IMG/VR virus record: IMGVR_UViG_3300033069_002010
Reading direction: 5' to 3' (one strand)
DNA length: 64,000 nucleotides
From: a virus
Lineage: Duplodnaviria; Heunggongvirae; Uroviricota; Caudoviricetes
Both the position numbers and the translations under genes were made by a program. Under the pieces are notes generated by a model, which saw nothing but the letters and a program-made list of their open reading frames with translations, was not told where the DNA came from and did not search any database. How positions within the stretch are numbered: position 1 is the first letter of the stretch; each line of letters starts with the position of its first letter. This document shows positions 19,073 through 29,419 of this stretch, piece after piece.

Positions 19073-20233
19073 TTACATAAAGAACTGGGCATTTGAGTTT
19101 ATCTTCATGATATCATCAGGAGTGAAGGAATTCGGAAATTTCCTAATCGCTTCCTGAAGCTCCTTATATGTAACAGCAGCCTCATCTTTTCTGTTTGTAT
19201 AGAAACAAGCAGCGCTGTGTACCTCGAGTATTTTCCAGACATAAACAGACTCATCGACGAAAAGTAGACGCCCAGGATAAGGATTCTTACCGTGGAAATT
19301 TGACTTGGCAAACTTTGTGTAAAGATAAGCCAGATTCCATTCACCGATTGAAAGGTAGTAGTCGATTATTGCCTTTATCGGTTCGGCCCTAAGGGGATCC
19401 ATCGAATAAGCCTTCAGAAGTTCGTTGTGTGTCTCGTTCCAAGGTTTTTCCAAAGCCTTCATTATGGTTCCTATCCTGAACTGCGAATAAAATCTTTCCT
19501 CCTCATACCCGTCTGTACGACTCACCCTTTCCTTATAGTATTTGAGAGCCCTCCGCAACCTTTCCTCATTCTCGAACTTATTGTCAGGTATAGATGCCGA
19601 ATCATGATATGACTGTGCCGTATAGAATACCCAACGAGCGTTCCTGTCCTTATTGTCGATATAGTCCTCAAGAATCGCTGCATGTTTCTTATACTTATCG
19701 GCAATGTTTCCCTTCCATGATCCGCCATCCATCTGAACGTTTACGTGAAGACCCGACATCAGGTCGGATGTGATGTTCTGCTGCTCGCAGATAATGAACT
19801 CGTGGACCGGTCCATACCACTTAAAGGGTAGTTCGGTTCTCCAACACTCGTTTCGAGTGTATTTCATGTTTCCGATATACGTGTTGAACATATACAGGTC
19901 CTTGTCGAGCTTGTTCTTGTCGAACACCTTGTCGTCGATCACAAGCTGTTCGTCAGCATCGAGCCAAAAAGCGTATTCCGACTTGTCTTTTACCATTTCC
20001 ATGGCATAATTCCTACAATTTTCAAAATTGTCGAACTGCCTATCATAAACAAATGTCGGTATATTGTTGGTCTCTCCCCATTTTCGGATCACATCCTGTG
20101 TTCCATCAGTAGAACCAGTATCGACGATGACAACACAATCGACTATTTTCTTTATTGAGTTCAACATTCTTTCTATCACATGGGACTCGTTCTTGACGAT
20201 TTGAGAAAGTGCTAACTTGTAAGGTTTAGACAT
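19073..20233 (-). CDS. family-2 glycosyltransferase with C-terminal helical-repeat domain
   Basis: N-terminal VVIVDTGSTDGTQDVI (GT2 D-x-D region); 386 aa; TATATAAATAAAAAATA element 10 nt upstream. Confidence 0.65.
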   Translation of the reverse strand: MSKPYKLALSQIVKNESHVIERMLNSIKKIVDCVVIVDTGSTDGTQDVIRKWGETNNIPTFVYDRQFDNFENCRNYAMEMVKDKSEYAFWLDADEQLVIDDKVFDKNKLDKDLYMFNTYIGNMKYTRNECWRTELPFKWYGPVHEFIICEQQNITSDLMSGLHVNVQMDGGSWKGNIADKYKKHAAILEDYIDNKDRNARWVFYTAQSYHDSASIPDNKFENEERLRRALKYYKERVSRTDGYEEERFYSQFRIGTIMKALEKPWNETHNELLKAYSMDPLRAEPIKAIIDYYLSIGEWNLAYLYTKFAKSNFHGKNPYPGRLLFVDESVYVWKILEVHSAACFYTNRKDEAAVTYKELQEAIRKFPNSFTPDDIMKINSNAQFFM

Positions 20234-20277
20234 TAATAAAATTTATTTTTTATTTATATAGACTATCTTATAATAGT

Positions 20278-20646
20278 TTATATTTTATTTTTTTTCTTGG
20301 ATGTACCAACCCAAGAGTCACCCCCTTCATTAAGGTACTTATTTATCATATCTTTCAGATACTCGTCGTTGTCGAATCTCCTGACAGGTTCCTTGACACC
20401 AAGGATTACAATCGTGATATAAAAAACAGTGTCACCTTCGATCAGAAAAGAGGTCTTGGTCCCCATCACAATATAGTCCTGACTATCAATCTCAATGACG
20501 GTTCCCTTAGATGGAATGATTATCGGATTTTCAGTATCTATGTCTTCAAGACCTGAAAAAAGTGAGGCAAGACGGATATCCCGTTTTTTATCGATTGATC
20601 CTGTATCATCGAATCTAAATTGGAGTCGGTAAATAACTTTTTTCAT
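20278..20646 (-). CDS. hypothetical protein
   Basis: 122 aa. Confidence 0.4.
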   Translation of the reverse strand: MKKVIYRLQFRFDDTGSIDKKRDIRLASLFSGLEDIDTENPIIIPSKGTVIEIDSQDYIVMGTKTSFLIEGDTVFYITIVILGVKEPVRRFDNDEYLKDMINKYLNEGGDSWVGTSKKKNKI

Positions 20647-20650
20647 ATAT

Positions 20651-21595
20651 TTATTGGATTGAGTTTAATTCATGAATACTCTTTTTCTGATTGAGAGCCA
20701 TGATCGAATTTGATATGAGTCTGTCACAACTTACATAACAAAGTCGATCATGTAACTTATCAGATTCAATCGTATCGGAGACCAAGAGTTGGGTTATTTT
20801 CGATTTTTCAAGATTCTCCATCGCAGCTCCACTCAATATTCCATGTGTCGCCACACATCTCACTGATTTAGCACCCTTTTCAATCAGAAGATCAGTCGCC
20901 TTTACCATGGTTCCCATGGTGTCAGCCATATCGTCGACTATTATCACGTTCCGATCAGTAACGTCACCAACCAAATCCATCGAATGGATTTCATTGGGTT
21001 TGATTCTCTTCTTGTTTATCATGGCGAATGTGGCATCAGGAAAGGCCTTACAGAAATCAGAAGCTCTTTTAACAGCACCCTGATCAGGAGCCACTATACA
21101 TAGATCAGAAATATTCAATGTCTTGATATGATCAATGAAAATTTTGTTTCCATTAAGGTGAATTACTGGAATATTATAAAATCCCTGAATGGCCGACGCA
21201 TGAAGATCAATCGTAATCAATTGTGTAACTCCAACCTTTTCAAGAACATCAGACAACATCTTGGAACCAATTGACGATCTTAAATGGTCAGTCTTGTCCT
21301 GACGGGAATATGATTGATATGGAGCCACTAAAGTAAATGAACGACATCCTGCCCTCTTGGCAGCATCGACAACCAAAAGAGTCTCGATTATCGAATCAGA
21401 GGTATCAGTGGAATTGATGAAGAAAACATCCTCATCCCTGACCGATTCCCTGAAACAGGGTAGAATTTCCCCATCTGAGAATTTTTCAATTTTAAGGGAC
21501 TTGAAACTAGAATCAGAGATGTCATACACCTTGGAAATCTCCTGGTGTATTCTCGAAGCCAGCTTTGGATTAGACCTACCTGAGTAAATTTTCAT
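20651..21595 (-). CDS. prs: ribose-phosphate pyrophosphokinase (PRPP synthetase)
   Basis: KIYSGRSNPKLASRI...KFSDGE N-terminal Prs signature and PRPP-binding loop VIIVDDMADTMGT. Confidence 0.9.
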   Translation of the reverse strand: MKIYSGRSNPKLASRIHQEISKVYDISDSSFKSLKIEKFSDGEILPCFRESVRDEDVFFINSTDTSDSIIETLLVVDAAKRAGCRSFTLVAPYQSYSRQDKTDHLRSSIGSKMLSDVLEKVGVTQLITIDLHASAIQGFYNIPVIHLNGNKIFIDHIKTLNISDLCIVAPDQGAVKRASDFCKAFPDATFAMINKKRIKPNEIHSMDLVGDVTDRNVIIVDDMADTMGTMVKATDLLIEKGAKSVRCVATHGILSGAAMENLEKSKITQLLVSDTIESDKLHDRLCYVSCDRLISNSIMALNQKKSIHELNSIQ

Positions 21596-21603
21596 ATTAT
21601 CTT

Positions 21604-21870
21604 TTATTTTAAAAAATGATCTATAAGGACATCTCGTTTGTTCTGTTGATGAGGAACAAACTTATCAATCCTCATCTTCAGGAAGTGTTTGAATTTAATA
21701 TTTTGAAAGATCTTCTTATACTTACCCCATTCAAATACAAATCGATATCTTGCCCTCATACTCAGTGAGTTCCACCAAATCAGGTGATTTCCGTGGAGTT
21801 TATTTTCTACAGACTTATACATCTTGAAGTACTTTCTCCGATTCTTTTCTCTGTTTGAAAGGTTTTTCAT
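21604..21870 (-). CDS. small basic protein
   Basis: 88 aa; Lys/Arg-rich. Confidence 0.35.
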   Translation of the reverse strand: MKNLSNREKNRRKYFKMYKSVENKLHGNHLIWWNSLSMRARYRFVFEWGKYKKIFQNIKFKHFLKMRIDKFVPHQQNKRDVLIDHFLK

Positions 21871-21888
21871 GAGACAAAATTACAAAAT

Positions 21889-22191
21889 TCAACCCTCAAT
21901 AACAAATAATCTCCGATTTCCCGTCTTCACAGTAACATCAACTACAGGTATCTTAATAAGATCACCATCTATGACATACTCATCCTCGGAAAGCATCCAT
22001 TTTGATATAAGTCCGAACGACCTATACTTTTCCAAAACACGATTAAATGATGTATAATAACCTCTATCAACGACACCAGCATCGGTGTTGTTCGAAAACA
22101 CAACAAACAGATCCTCCTTCAAATTTACAATATCCGATTCCAATATTTGGTTTCTAGATTTCAGACTGTTAAATAACTGTTCTTTATTCAT
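21889..22191 (-). CDS. hypothetical protein
   Basis: 100 aa. Confidence 0.35.
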   Translation of the reverse strand: MNKEQLFNSLKSRNQILESDIVNLKEDLFVVFSNNTDAGVVDRGYYTSFNRVLEKYRSFGLISKWMLSEDEYVIDGDLIKIPVVDVTVKTGNRRLFVIEG

Positions 22192-22723
22192 GTTCCAATA
22201 TAGATTTTAGGTCTGCTGGACTGTAATTAATAGATTTTAGAACCTTGTTATCGGACTTTCTATACACAATCCATTTTCCGTTGGATTCCTTATAATAACT
22301 TTCAATCCCGTCCTTTTTCATATAATAATCAATGGTCTGAAGAGCCTCTTCCAAAGATGAACATGATTTTGACATGTTGCTTCTTTGAACCTCATCAAAC
22401 ATTTCGACGAATTTCTCACCGAGACCGAACTCCAAAACCGCTCCTGACAGGACATACTGAATATCACACAAGGCATCAGCAATTTCAACAATGTTACGGT
22501 TTCTGATACCATCAACTAACTCGTTCAATTCTTCCTGAAGAAGATTGATTCTAAGTGAACACCTATCCTCTGGAATTTGAGGTTTATCAAGTATGGGAGC
22601 ACCGAAAGTTCGATGAAAATCACCGACTTGGTTAAGTGAATTTAATTTTTCCATACCACTTATATGGAATATGTTAAATGAGTTTTCACTTTTAATATAT
22701 AAAAATGGGAAAAACATACTCAT
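22184..22723 (-). CDS. MazG-like nucleoside triphosphate pyrophosphohydrolase
   Basis: EELNELVDGIRNRNIVEIADALCDIQYVL matches the MazG EExxE...D helix motif. Confidence 0.55.
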   Translation of the reverse strand: MSMFFPFLYIKSENSFNIFHISGMEKLNSLNQVGDFHRTFGAPILDKPQIPEDRCSLRINLLQEELNELVDGIRNRNIVEIADALCDIQYVLSGAVLEFGLGEKFVEMFDEVQRSNMSKSCSSLEEALQTIDYYMKKDGIESYYKESNGKWIVYRKSDNKVLKSINYSPADLKSILEHE

Positions 22724-23743
22724 ATGCAGATCAGAAAATACGAATCATTCATCGAGGAACCAGTAAACGAGGAACTTATCGGGGAAATAATAAAAGCGGC
22801 CAAGGGAGCACTAAAGGGGTTCCTGACCAACATAACCACCCCCTTCAAAAACCTGAAGGATGACTTCAAAAAAGGTCTGAAAACCGAACAAGCGAAGACC
22901 AGATTCATTCAGGGTCTTGACACAATATTGAAAAATGCCACCGATGGTATACAGAAGGCCAAGGACGAAGCCGAAATAAACTCGATGACGGACGCTTTCT
23001 TCAAGCAGATAGCCGAACAGGAAGCCGATTTCGACAAGGAAATAAAATCGATCAAGGAAGGTGCCGAACAGACACCAGGAACTAGAGGACAGGCAAAGAA
23101 CGCGATGATTGCTGGAAAGGTTATGATGGGAATGGTAAAGGACCAGTTTCAAAAGATGAAAGTAGAATTCGACAAGAGGTACGCATCTGCAAAAGACTTG
23201 GCAGCAAAGAAACAGGTAGCCATACAGAGACTAAGGGACACGATTGAAACAACCAAAAAGAAGCTCAACGATCCAAAAACCTTAGAAACAGCAATCCAGA
23301 CATACAAAAACGAAAACAAGATTGATGGTGGATCATCAGCCGGAATTTCAGTTGATATACTAAAGACATACAATTCCACCAAATCGGAAGAATTGGTTGG
23401 AAAGGAAGTCAGATACAAAACCAAAAAATACGACCCCAACAAGAAACCAGAAGAGCAACCGGAAAACATAGGGAAATTGAAAGTTCTTAGAGTAGATTCA
23501 GACGGAATTTTCTTTGATGGGGAAAGGGAAGACTTCAAGAAGCCGTTTGACCAAATCCTCCCCACTACTGAATCGGGAGCGAATGCAAAAAAAGCACAAG
23601 AAGTACTAACAAGAATCAAAAACGATGATGATAAAATGGGAAAGATCGCCAAGTTCGCCGAGTTTGTAGAAAAAGACGAAAATAAGGATAAGGTTGCCGA
23701 AATAGAAAAAATAATAGGGGGATTAACAACCCCAACTGCATAA
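22724..23743 (+). CDS. lysine-rich charged protein (MQIRKYESFIEE N-terminus)
   Basis: 339 aa. Confidence 0.5.
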   Translation: MQIRKYESFIEEPVNEELIGEIIKAAKGALKGFLTNITTPFKNLKDDFKKGLKTEQAKTRFIQGLDTILKNATDGIQKAKDEAEINSMTDAFFKQIAEQEADFDKEIKSIKEGAEQTPGTRGQAKNAMIAGKVMMGMVKDQFQKMKVEFDKRYASAKDLAAKKQVAIQRLRDTIETTKKKLNDPKTLETAIQTYKNENKIDGGSSAGISVDILKTYNSTKSEELVGKEVRYKTKKYDPNKKPEEQPENIGKLKVLRVDSDGIFFDGEREDFKKPFDQILPTTESGANAKKAQEVLTRIKNDDDKMGKIAKFAEFVEKDENKDKVAEIEKIIGGLTTPTA

Positions 23744-23747
23744 AAAA

Positions 23748-24476
23748 ATGGATAGAAACAGGGAGATCACCAAGATCTACAACAAGATTGATACGATTGC
23801 CAGAAAAGGAAAGACAGCAGTCTACCAATATTACAACTACATATCGGAACTTATAGACAACCAGCAATATTACCTTTTCCAGGACGTCATGATGACAAGA
23901 TACGAAATAGACATTCGATACTACAAATCAGTTGATGAAATGAGAAGATTGACCTTTCCCAAAATACGGGAAAAAACCCAACAATCATTCCAGAAACAAC
24001 TAAAAAAACTATTTGACTCAAAAAACGTCTATCCTATAGGATTCCACTTTTTCAACAAAACCAACTCACACTATCTTGGAGACATAGTCGAAGTTGAGGA
24101 ACCACACGCGACTATATTATATCAGGACCCTGAACTAGTCAAGAAACTTTCAGCATCCGAAAATGGGGAAATAAAGATTATAAATCTCGAGGTCTCGAAA
24201 GGACTATCATCATCTATACATGATGCAATACCAAAATTCAACATCGATCCACAATCAGTGTTACAAATATCGACCCAGTCACAAGTAATATTCGAAGGTG
24301 AAATATATGAGTGTGTCCAGTCATACACATGGAGTCTAACTAATCAGATAACTCCGACATATTCAGAATATTGGAGTGTCCAATCCTTCCCAACATATTC
24401 ATTCGCCACTTTCTCAAGCGATTCGGTGACTCTCTACAACAAGTATTCGATGGCGATAGATTACTTAAATACCTGA
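23748..24476 (+). CDS. hypothetical protein
   Basis: 242 aa. Confidence 0.45.
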   Translation: MDRNREITKIYNKIDTIARKGKTAVYQYYNYISELIDNQQYYLFQDVMMTRYEIDIRYYKSVDEMRRLTFPKIREKTQQSFQKQLKKLFDSKNVYPIGFHFFNKTNSHYLGDIVEVEEPHATILYQDPELVKKLSASENGEIKIINLEVSKGLSSSIHDAIPKFNIDPQSVLQISTQSQVIFEGEIYECVQSYTWSLTNQITPTYSEYWSVQSFPTYSFATFSSDSVTLYNKYSMAIDYLNT

Positions 24477-25199
24477 TTTGATCAGGTATTCTTCAAGAAT
24501 ATCTCTGAAATCATGACACTTGTGGACCTTTACATCATTGGGACCGATGTAGAAAATATACCCGACATGAACATCAATCCCGATTTCCTTCAGTATCAGC
24601 GAATACAGTGAAATCTGTATCGAGTATTCGTTAAGATGGCATTTGTCGAATTCCTGAAAAGGATCGAGAAGCTTTTCACCATAATCGTTTACAGTCTCAA
24701 ATTTCTTGTTCGTTTTCCAGTCGACTATTACAACCCTATCCTTGTAAAGGAAAAGGGAATCTATCATACCAGCAATGTTCCATTTTCTAGAAAAGATCCT
24801 TTGTTCGAATTTTACCGGAGTAAGTTTGTGAAGATGGGTTCCAAAAAGAGTATTGAACTTGTTTATCCTGTCTATGACATCTAGGTCAGCAGGTAGTGTC
24901 TGGTAAATTCCGTTGAAATAGTTTTCAATCCAATTATGTGTGGCGGTCCCAACCTCATTCGCCCTGTTGTTGATCTGCTTCCATCTCGAAAGCATCTCAG
25001 CCTGGGTTATACCCTCCTGTTCAGCCTTCTTCTTTGACCAGAAATCCTGATCAAATTCCTTATGAAACCTTGATATGAATTGGGTGACTGATATGTAGTG
25101 ATTACCGTCATACGTGTATTTGTGTTTGACGGGGTCAAACCTGAATTTCGGATCATCATACGATTCTAATAATTTCAAGACAGTTTCTCTCATAAACAT
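24465..25199 (-). CDS. PD-(D/E)xK nuclease (RecB/Cas4-like)
   Basis: GMIDSLFLYKDRVVIVDWKTNKK resembles the RecB-family D...hhhDYKT motif. Confidence 0.5.
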   Translation of the reverse strand: MFMRETVLKLLESYDDPKFRFDPVKHKYTYDGNHYISVTQFISRFHKEFDQDFWSKKKAEQEGITQAEMLSRWKQINNRANEVGTATHNWIENYFNGIYQTLPADLDVIDRINKFNTLFGTHLHKLTPVKFEQRIFSRKWNIAGMIDSLFLYKDRVVIVDWKTNKKFETVNDYGEKLLDPFQEFDKCHLNEYSIQISLYSLILKEIGIDVHVGYIFYIGPNDVKVHKCHDFRDILEEYLIKSGI

Positions 25200-25247
25200 A
25201 TATATGAGAGAAACTGTCTTTTGTTTCTATGACATCATGTTAGACTA

Positions 25248-26558
25248 TCAAAGATCATCAAAGTATCCGATACTCGATCCGATACTCGACCCCACATCAA
25301 CAGGCATCCACCACCGGTTTTTAGGACTGTTAAATTTATTCTTCCTAGCCTCATCCTGAGCCCTTTTCCTTTCAACCCTTGTGTGAATCATTTCCCACTC
25401 GTTCAGATTCGGATCGACATATATCCAATCCCTGAGTTCATCATGGTAAACTGCATCTGTTCTAAGAATATGGGCATCATATATCTCGGAATAAACAACA
25501 CCATTACAAACGGTCCATATCTTCCGGTCCTTGATGTAGACCATCTCACTCGGATACCAATATGTGTGGTTTAGACCGTCCTCACGAAGAAAGTCTCGAG
25601 GCTGACAATACCCATCTCCACTCGAAATGGTTATGATATCAACATTCTCTGGAATGTGATTATATATGGTATTATTACTCCTGTCCAAAAACTTGAAAGT
25701 GTCCATGTAAGGATACATCTCGAAGTCCGAATGGTCAAGCTTGATATGACCACGTATCAACGATTCCTGACCCTTTGAAAGAAAAAACATGGTGTTGTTC
25801 CATTTCTGCTCTTTCTTGTAAATAAAACCATTATCATCAGCATACTTACGAAAATGATACAGATATTCCTCATCGTTTATCGTGTAAATCCTATCGAGGA
25901 CATTATAGGTCTTTTCACCATCTGTCATCCCATGCCACATGAGAGCCCTACCAACGAGAAGGTTCCCGTTCATCATACAAAGCATCTTGACCTGATTGGG
26001 ATTTTGGACGTAAATGTCCATATATTTCTGACACGAACTGTGTTTCATACAGGAGTTACCCAAAGATGATGACTGATCGTAGTAGTTGTGATGATGATAC
26101 CATTTCCTAACATCCTCGCCCTGAACCACTTTAAACTGGAACACAGGAGCCGATTGGATGTTTCGGTAAAGTGTGGAAAAAAGTTCCACCTCCTTGTCGG
26201 AAATGTCTTTGAAAATCTTCCTGACGAAAGAGCCGGGTTTGGCGTAAATACGCTTGCTAGTCCCCCAAACATTATCAGTATCGAATCTGTCTTTAGTTAG
26301 ATATGATATTTTGGTCCTATCAGCAGAAGATACACCTATGTAGTTAACATGGTTGTCGACTAGAATTTCGATAGGAAGTCTCTGTTTGAGAAGCAGTTGA
26401 GCCACTTCAGATGAAGTCATCTGAACTAACACTGATTCAAATTCGGGAGAAATAAAAATATCTGAAGTTTTGCGGATATACGGCATTTGGAAAAGATTTC
26501 TACAAATATAGGTAAAATAGTTATTAAAATTACTTTTCTGAGAAGACCATTTCAACAA
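25248..26558 (-). CDS. hypothetical protein
   Basis: 436 aa. Confidence 0.5.
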   Translation of the reverse strand: MLKWSSQKSNFNNYFTYICRNLFQMPYIRKTSDIFISPEFESVLVQMTSSEVAQLLLKQRLPIEILVDNHVNYIGVSSADRTKISYLTKDRFDTDNVWGTSKRIYAKPGSFVRKIFKDISDKEVELFSTLYRNIQSAPVFQFKVVQGEDVRKWYHHHNYYDQSSSLGNSCMKHSSCQKYMDIYVQNPNQVKMLCMMNGNLLVGRALMWHGMTDGEKTYNVLDRIYTINDEEYLYHFRKYADDNGFIYKKEQKWNNTMFFLSKGQESLIRGHIKLDHSDFEMYPYMDTFKFLDRSNNTIYNHIPENVDIITISSGDGYCQPRDFLREDGLNHTYWYPSEMVYIKDRKIWTVCNGVVYSEIYDAHILRTDAVYHDELRDWIYVDPNLNEWEMIHTRVERKRAQDEARKNKFNSPKNRWWMPVDVGSSIGSSIGYFDDL

Positions 26559-26862
26559 GTTCTAAAACTCGATTCCGATTGTTGATTTTAGAGTTCCCGA
26601 CAAGTTTAATCACTTCCTGTTTAGTCGATCCCGATTTTTTCAATTTAAGGATAGCACTACACATCTTCTCATCCTCCTTAGTAAGCTTTGCAGTATATTT
26701 TTGGTAAACCTCCTTAGGAATTGTTGAGACAGGAGGAGTCCCAACAACAGATTTCTCCTTCAACTGTTCAATAGTAATCCTCTTCGCAGAAGGAACATGA
26801 TTGACTTCAAACTCCTTTGAAATATCCTTAATCCCTAATATTTTCTTTATTATGTTCATCAT
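26530..26862 (-). CDS. hypothetical protein (possible HTH)
   Basis: 110 aa. Confidence 0.35.
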   Translation of the reverse strand: MMNIIKKILGIKDISKEFEVNHVPSAKRITIEQLKEKSVVGTPPVSTIPKEVYQKYTAKLTKEDEKMCSAILKLKKSGSTKQEVIKLVGNSKINNRNRVLELVEMVFSEK

Positions 26863-27347
26863 ATGTGGTTAAATGTTAATAATCTTATTTCCTTGTTGTT
26901 ATGAAGCTTCTTGAAACCATAGTACATCCTCTGACCTTCATTGGTCAAGTCACGGAAACCACATACCCACATCCGGTCGTTCTTATGGAAATAGGTCAGG
27001 TTAGACCACCCGATACAAACTGAGGAGATCAAATTGATTGACTTGTTTTTAAAAAGATCATCTTCGGATGATATGTTCGGAAAATACAACCTATCATATT
27101 CATCATTTATCCTCTGACTTTCTATCAGATTATCCAAATCCTGATCGGAATCCAATTCCGGACGATTGTCTACATCATCTGAATAAAATCCAGGAAGATC
27201 GAGAGTTATGTGAGATAGTTCAGAGTCCACATTCTTGGGTTCGAATGCAATCAAATAAACCATGGTTTTCCCAACATTTCTACCGTGAAAGAAATGACTA
27301 CTCGGATGGGGAAAGTTTACAAAACCACTGTTGTCTTCTTTGAACAT
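26859..27347 (-). CDS. hypothetical protein
   Basis: 162 aa; ATGA overlap with the downstream gene. Confidence 0.4.
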   Translation of the reverse strand: MFKEDNSGFVNFPHPSSHFFHGRNVGKTMVYLIAFEPKNVDSELSHITLDLPGFYSDDVDNRPELDSDQDLDNLIESQRINDEYDRLYFPNISSEDDLFKNKSINLISSVCIGWSNLTYFHKNDRMWVCGFRDLTNEGQRMYYGFKKLHNNKEIRLLTFNHI

Positions 27348-27398
27348 AGAATGTAAAAATATGAAAAATAATACTGAAAAAAAAAATATATATACTCT

Positions 27399-27881
27399 AT
27401 GATTTTAAGATATAGAAAATTCATGGAGGGTTATGACAAAGATATCCTTAAAATGATTAAGGACTTAGCCGATAAGACAAATACCCTTAAAAAATCAATC
27501 ATCAAATCACTTACCCCAAATGAGGTTTATGAGGACTACTTTCTCGAATTTATCGAGAATGAAAGTTTCACTTACCATATCTATAACACACACAATATAT
27601 TAATGACCATTGACCTTAAAAAGAAAATGCATAGACCCAAAAATATCAAATCTGAAACAGAAAGATACCTTAGGAAATCATCGATGATAATCAAAAGACT
27701 GGAAAGCATGTTCCCAGACTCAAGGTGTCATTTCGAGATGAAACTAAACGGAAAGGTTCAGGCTATACAGAGGGGTTATGACCGAAAAGATGATATCCTT
27801 ACATTTACCGGAATCGGAGATCCTAACCCATACGAACCTAAGGGAACCGTAATCGTCAAAATAACCTTCCATATAGCATAA
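27399..27881 (+). CDS. hypothetical protein (MILRYRKFMEGY N-terminus)
   Basis: 160 aa. Confidence 0.45.
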   Translation: MILRYRKFMEGYDKDILKMIKDLADKTNTLKKSIIKSLTPNEVYEDYFLEFIENESFTYHIYNTHNILMTIDLKKKMHRPKNIKSETERYLRKSSMIIKRLESMFPDSRCHFEMKLNGKVQAIQRGYDRKDDILTFTGIGDPNPYEPKGTVIVKITFHIA

Positions 27882-27910
27882 AAAATACCGGTTAGACCGG
27901 TATTTTTTTC
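27881..27910. terminator. bidirectional intrinsic terminator
   Basis: A5, stem TACCGGT/ACCGGTA, then T7, between convergent genes. Confidence 0.6.
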
Positions 27911-29367
27911 ATCATACTACCAATTCTATCCGAAACTTCGGTTTTTGGGAGTATAGACATCACGGTCATAAGATCTGGTCCCGGAACCCCACCCGTAAGG
28001 GCCATCCTCAAGTCAGGCATAACCTTTCCCATCTTGATCCCTAGATCCTGACAAATGTCATGGATTGACTGCTTGATAGAATCAACAGTCCAATCGATTC
28101 CATCAATATTCCCGAGAAAGACATCAAACACCCGAATGAAATCAGGATTTGTCTTATCCGAACTGACCCTGACTGGATTTACGAATATGTCAACCACCGA
28201 TTGGAGATCCGTCGTGAAAACACTTCTTTTCTTAGCAAGGTCAATAATCCTCGATTTGTCGGAGAGACTGAAATCGGTTCCTTTGAAATCGACGCGAGTC
28301 ATCAGGTAATCGTCAGACCTCAGGTTATTGAGATACCACGAGTTGAAATGTTTTGCCTTGTCCATATCGAACCTAGCTCCGTGCTTGTGGACACGATCAA
28401 GGGAGAACTGAGAGATCAGATCATCCATAGAAAATATTTCATTTGTTCCAATAGGAGACCAACCTATAAGACTCAGGTTGTTTATGAACACATCAGCGTC
28501 AAATCCATATTCCTTCCAACCATCAACCCATTTTCCATCGGAATCCACATACCCGATTGGAGAGATCGGAATACCGTATTTGGAGGCTGTCCTCTTGGAA
28601 AGCTTTCCCTTACCATCCGGGTTCATGATAAGGGGAAGATGACCGAAAGTCGGAATATCCCATCCGAAAGCCTTGTAGAGGAGGATATGGAAAGGTGTTG
28701 ACGCGACCCATTCCTGTCCTCTCAGGACATGGGTGACTCCCATATCATGATCGTCGGATGTGTTGGCCATGTGATAACTGGCAATACCGTCGGACTTCAG
28801 GAGAACCTTGTCATCCAACTGATTGGAGCTGATAGTGATATCCCCGAGTATAGCATCGGTGAACGTGATATCAACATCGGTAGGAACCGCGAAACGAACC
28901 ACAAACTTATCTCCACTAGCGAGACGGGAGTCAACATCATCTTTTGCAAGGGTAAAAGAATTTTTCATGCAGAGACGGGTGGCTGCATCATACTTGAAAT
29001 TGGGAACGGACTTGTGGGCCTTATCCAAATCATCCTTAGTATCAAACGCGTAATAAGCAAATCCTTTGTCGATAAGGAACTTGATCTTGTCCGAATAATT
29101 CCTTTCAGTCTGGATGAAGGAACCTATGGTAGGATCTGGGTTCCAATAGGAGGCATCAGGTTGGATTCCTAACCAATCACACATCCTTTTGAAATAATCA
29201 AGGAAATTTGGGTTGTAACGATCACGGTCGGTATCCTCGAGGCGAACCAAAAACCTACCACCCGTCTGTTTGGCAAGGAAATAGTTGTAGAGAAGGGTTC
29301 TAACATTTCCGAGATGAACAAACGGTCCAGTCGGTGACGGCGCTATCCTTGTTACTATTTTACGCAT
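27892..29367 (-). CDS. gltX: glutamyl-tRNA synthetase, bacterial type
   Basis: RIAPSPTGPFVHLGN (HIGH region), THVLRGQEW, GKLSKR (KMSKS); C-terminus GKVMPDLRMALTGGVPGPDL matches the bacterial GluRS tail. Start moved to the internal Met (MRKIVTRIAPSPTG) because the upstream 44 codons are hydrophobic and non-homologous. Confidence 0.9.
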   Translation of the reverse strand: MRKIVTRIAPSPTGPFVHLGNVRTLLYNYFLAKQTGGRFLVRLEDTDRDRYNPNFLDYFKRMCDWLGIQPDASYWNPDPTIGSFIQTERNYSDKIKFLIDKGFAYYAFDTKDDLDKAHKSVPNFKYDAATRLCMKNSFTLAKDDVDSRLASGDKFVVRFAVPTDVDITFTDAILGDITISSNQLDDKVLLKSDGIASYHMANTSDDHDMGVTHVLRGQEWVASTPFHILLYKAFGWDIPTFGHLPLIMNPDGKGKLSKRTASKYGIPISPIGYVDSDGKWVDGWKEYGFDADVFINNLSLIGWSPIGTNEIFSMDDLISQFSLDRVHKHGARFDMDKAKHFNSWYLNNLRSDDYLMTRVDFKGTDFSLSDKSRIIDLAKKRSVFTTDLQSVVDIFVNPVRVSSDKTNPDFIRVFDVFLGNIDGIDWTVDSIKQSIHDICQDLGIKMGKVMPDLRMALTGGVPGPDLMTVMSILPKTEVSDRIGSMMKKIPV

Positions 29368-29419
29368 ATGGGGAACGTTGGTTTTAATGTATAAGAATAC
29401 AAAAATAGTCAAAATTGAC

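Noticed and set aside
28201-29172. Antisense ORFs 28201..28701 and 28729..29172 inside gltX, and similar ORFs inside the SPFH gene (31077..31532)
   Set aside because: They lie on the opposite strand of genes with strong homology signatures and have no motifs of their own. Open antisense frames of this kind are typical in GC-moderate coding DNA.
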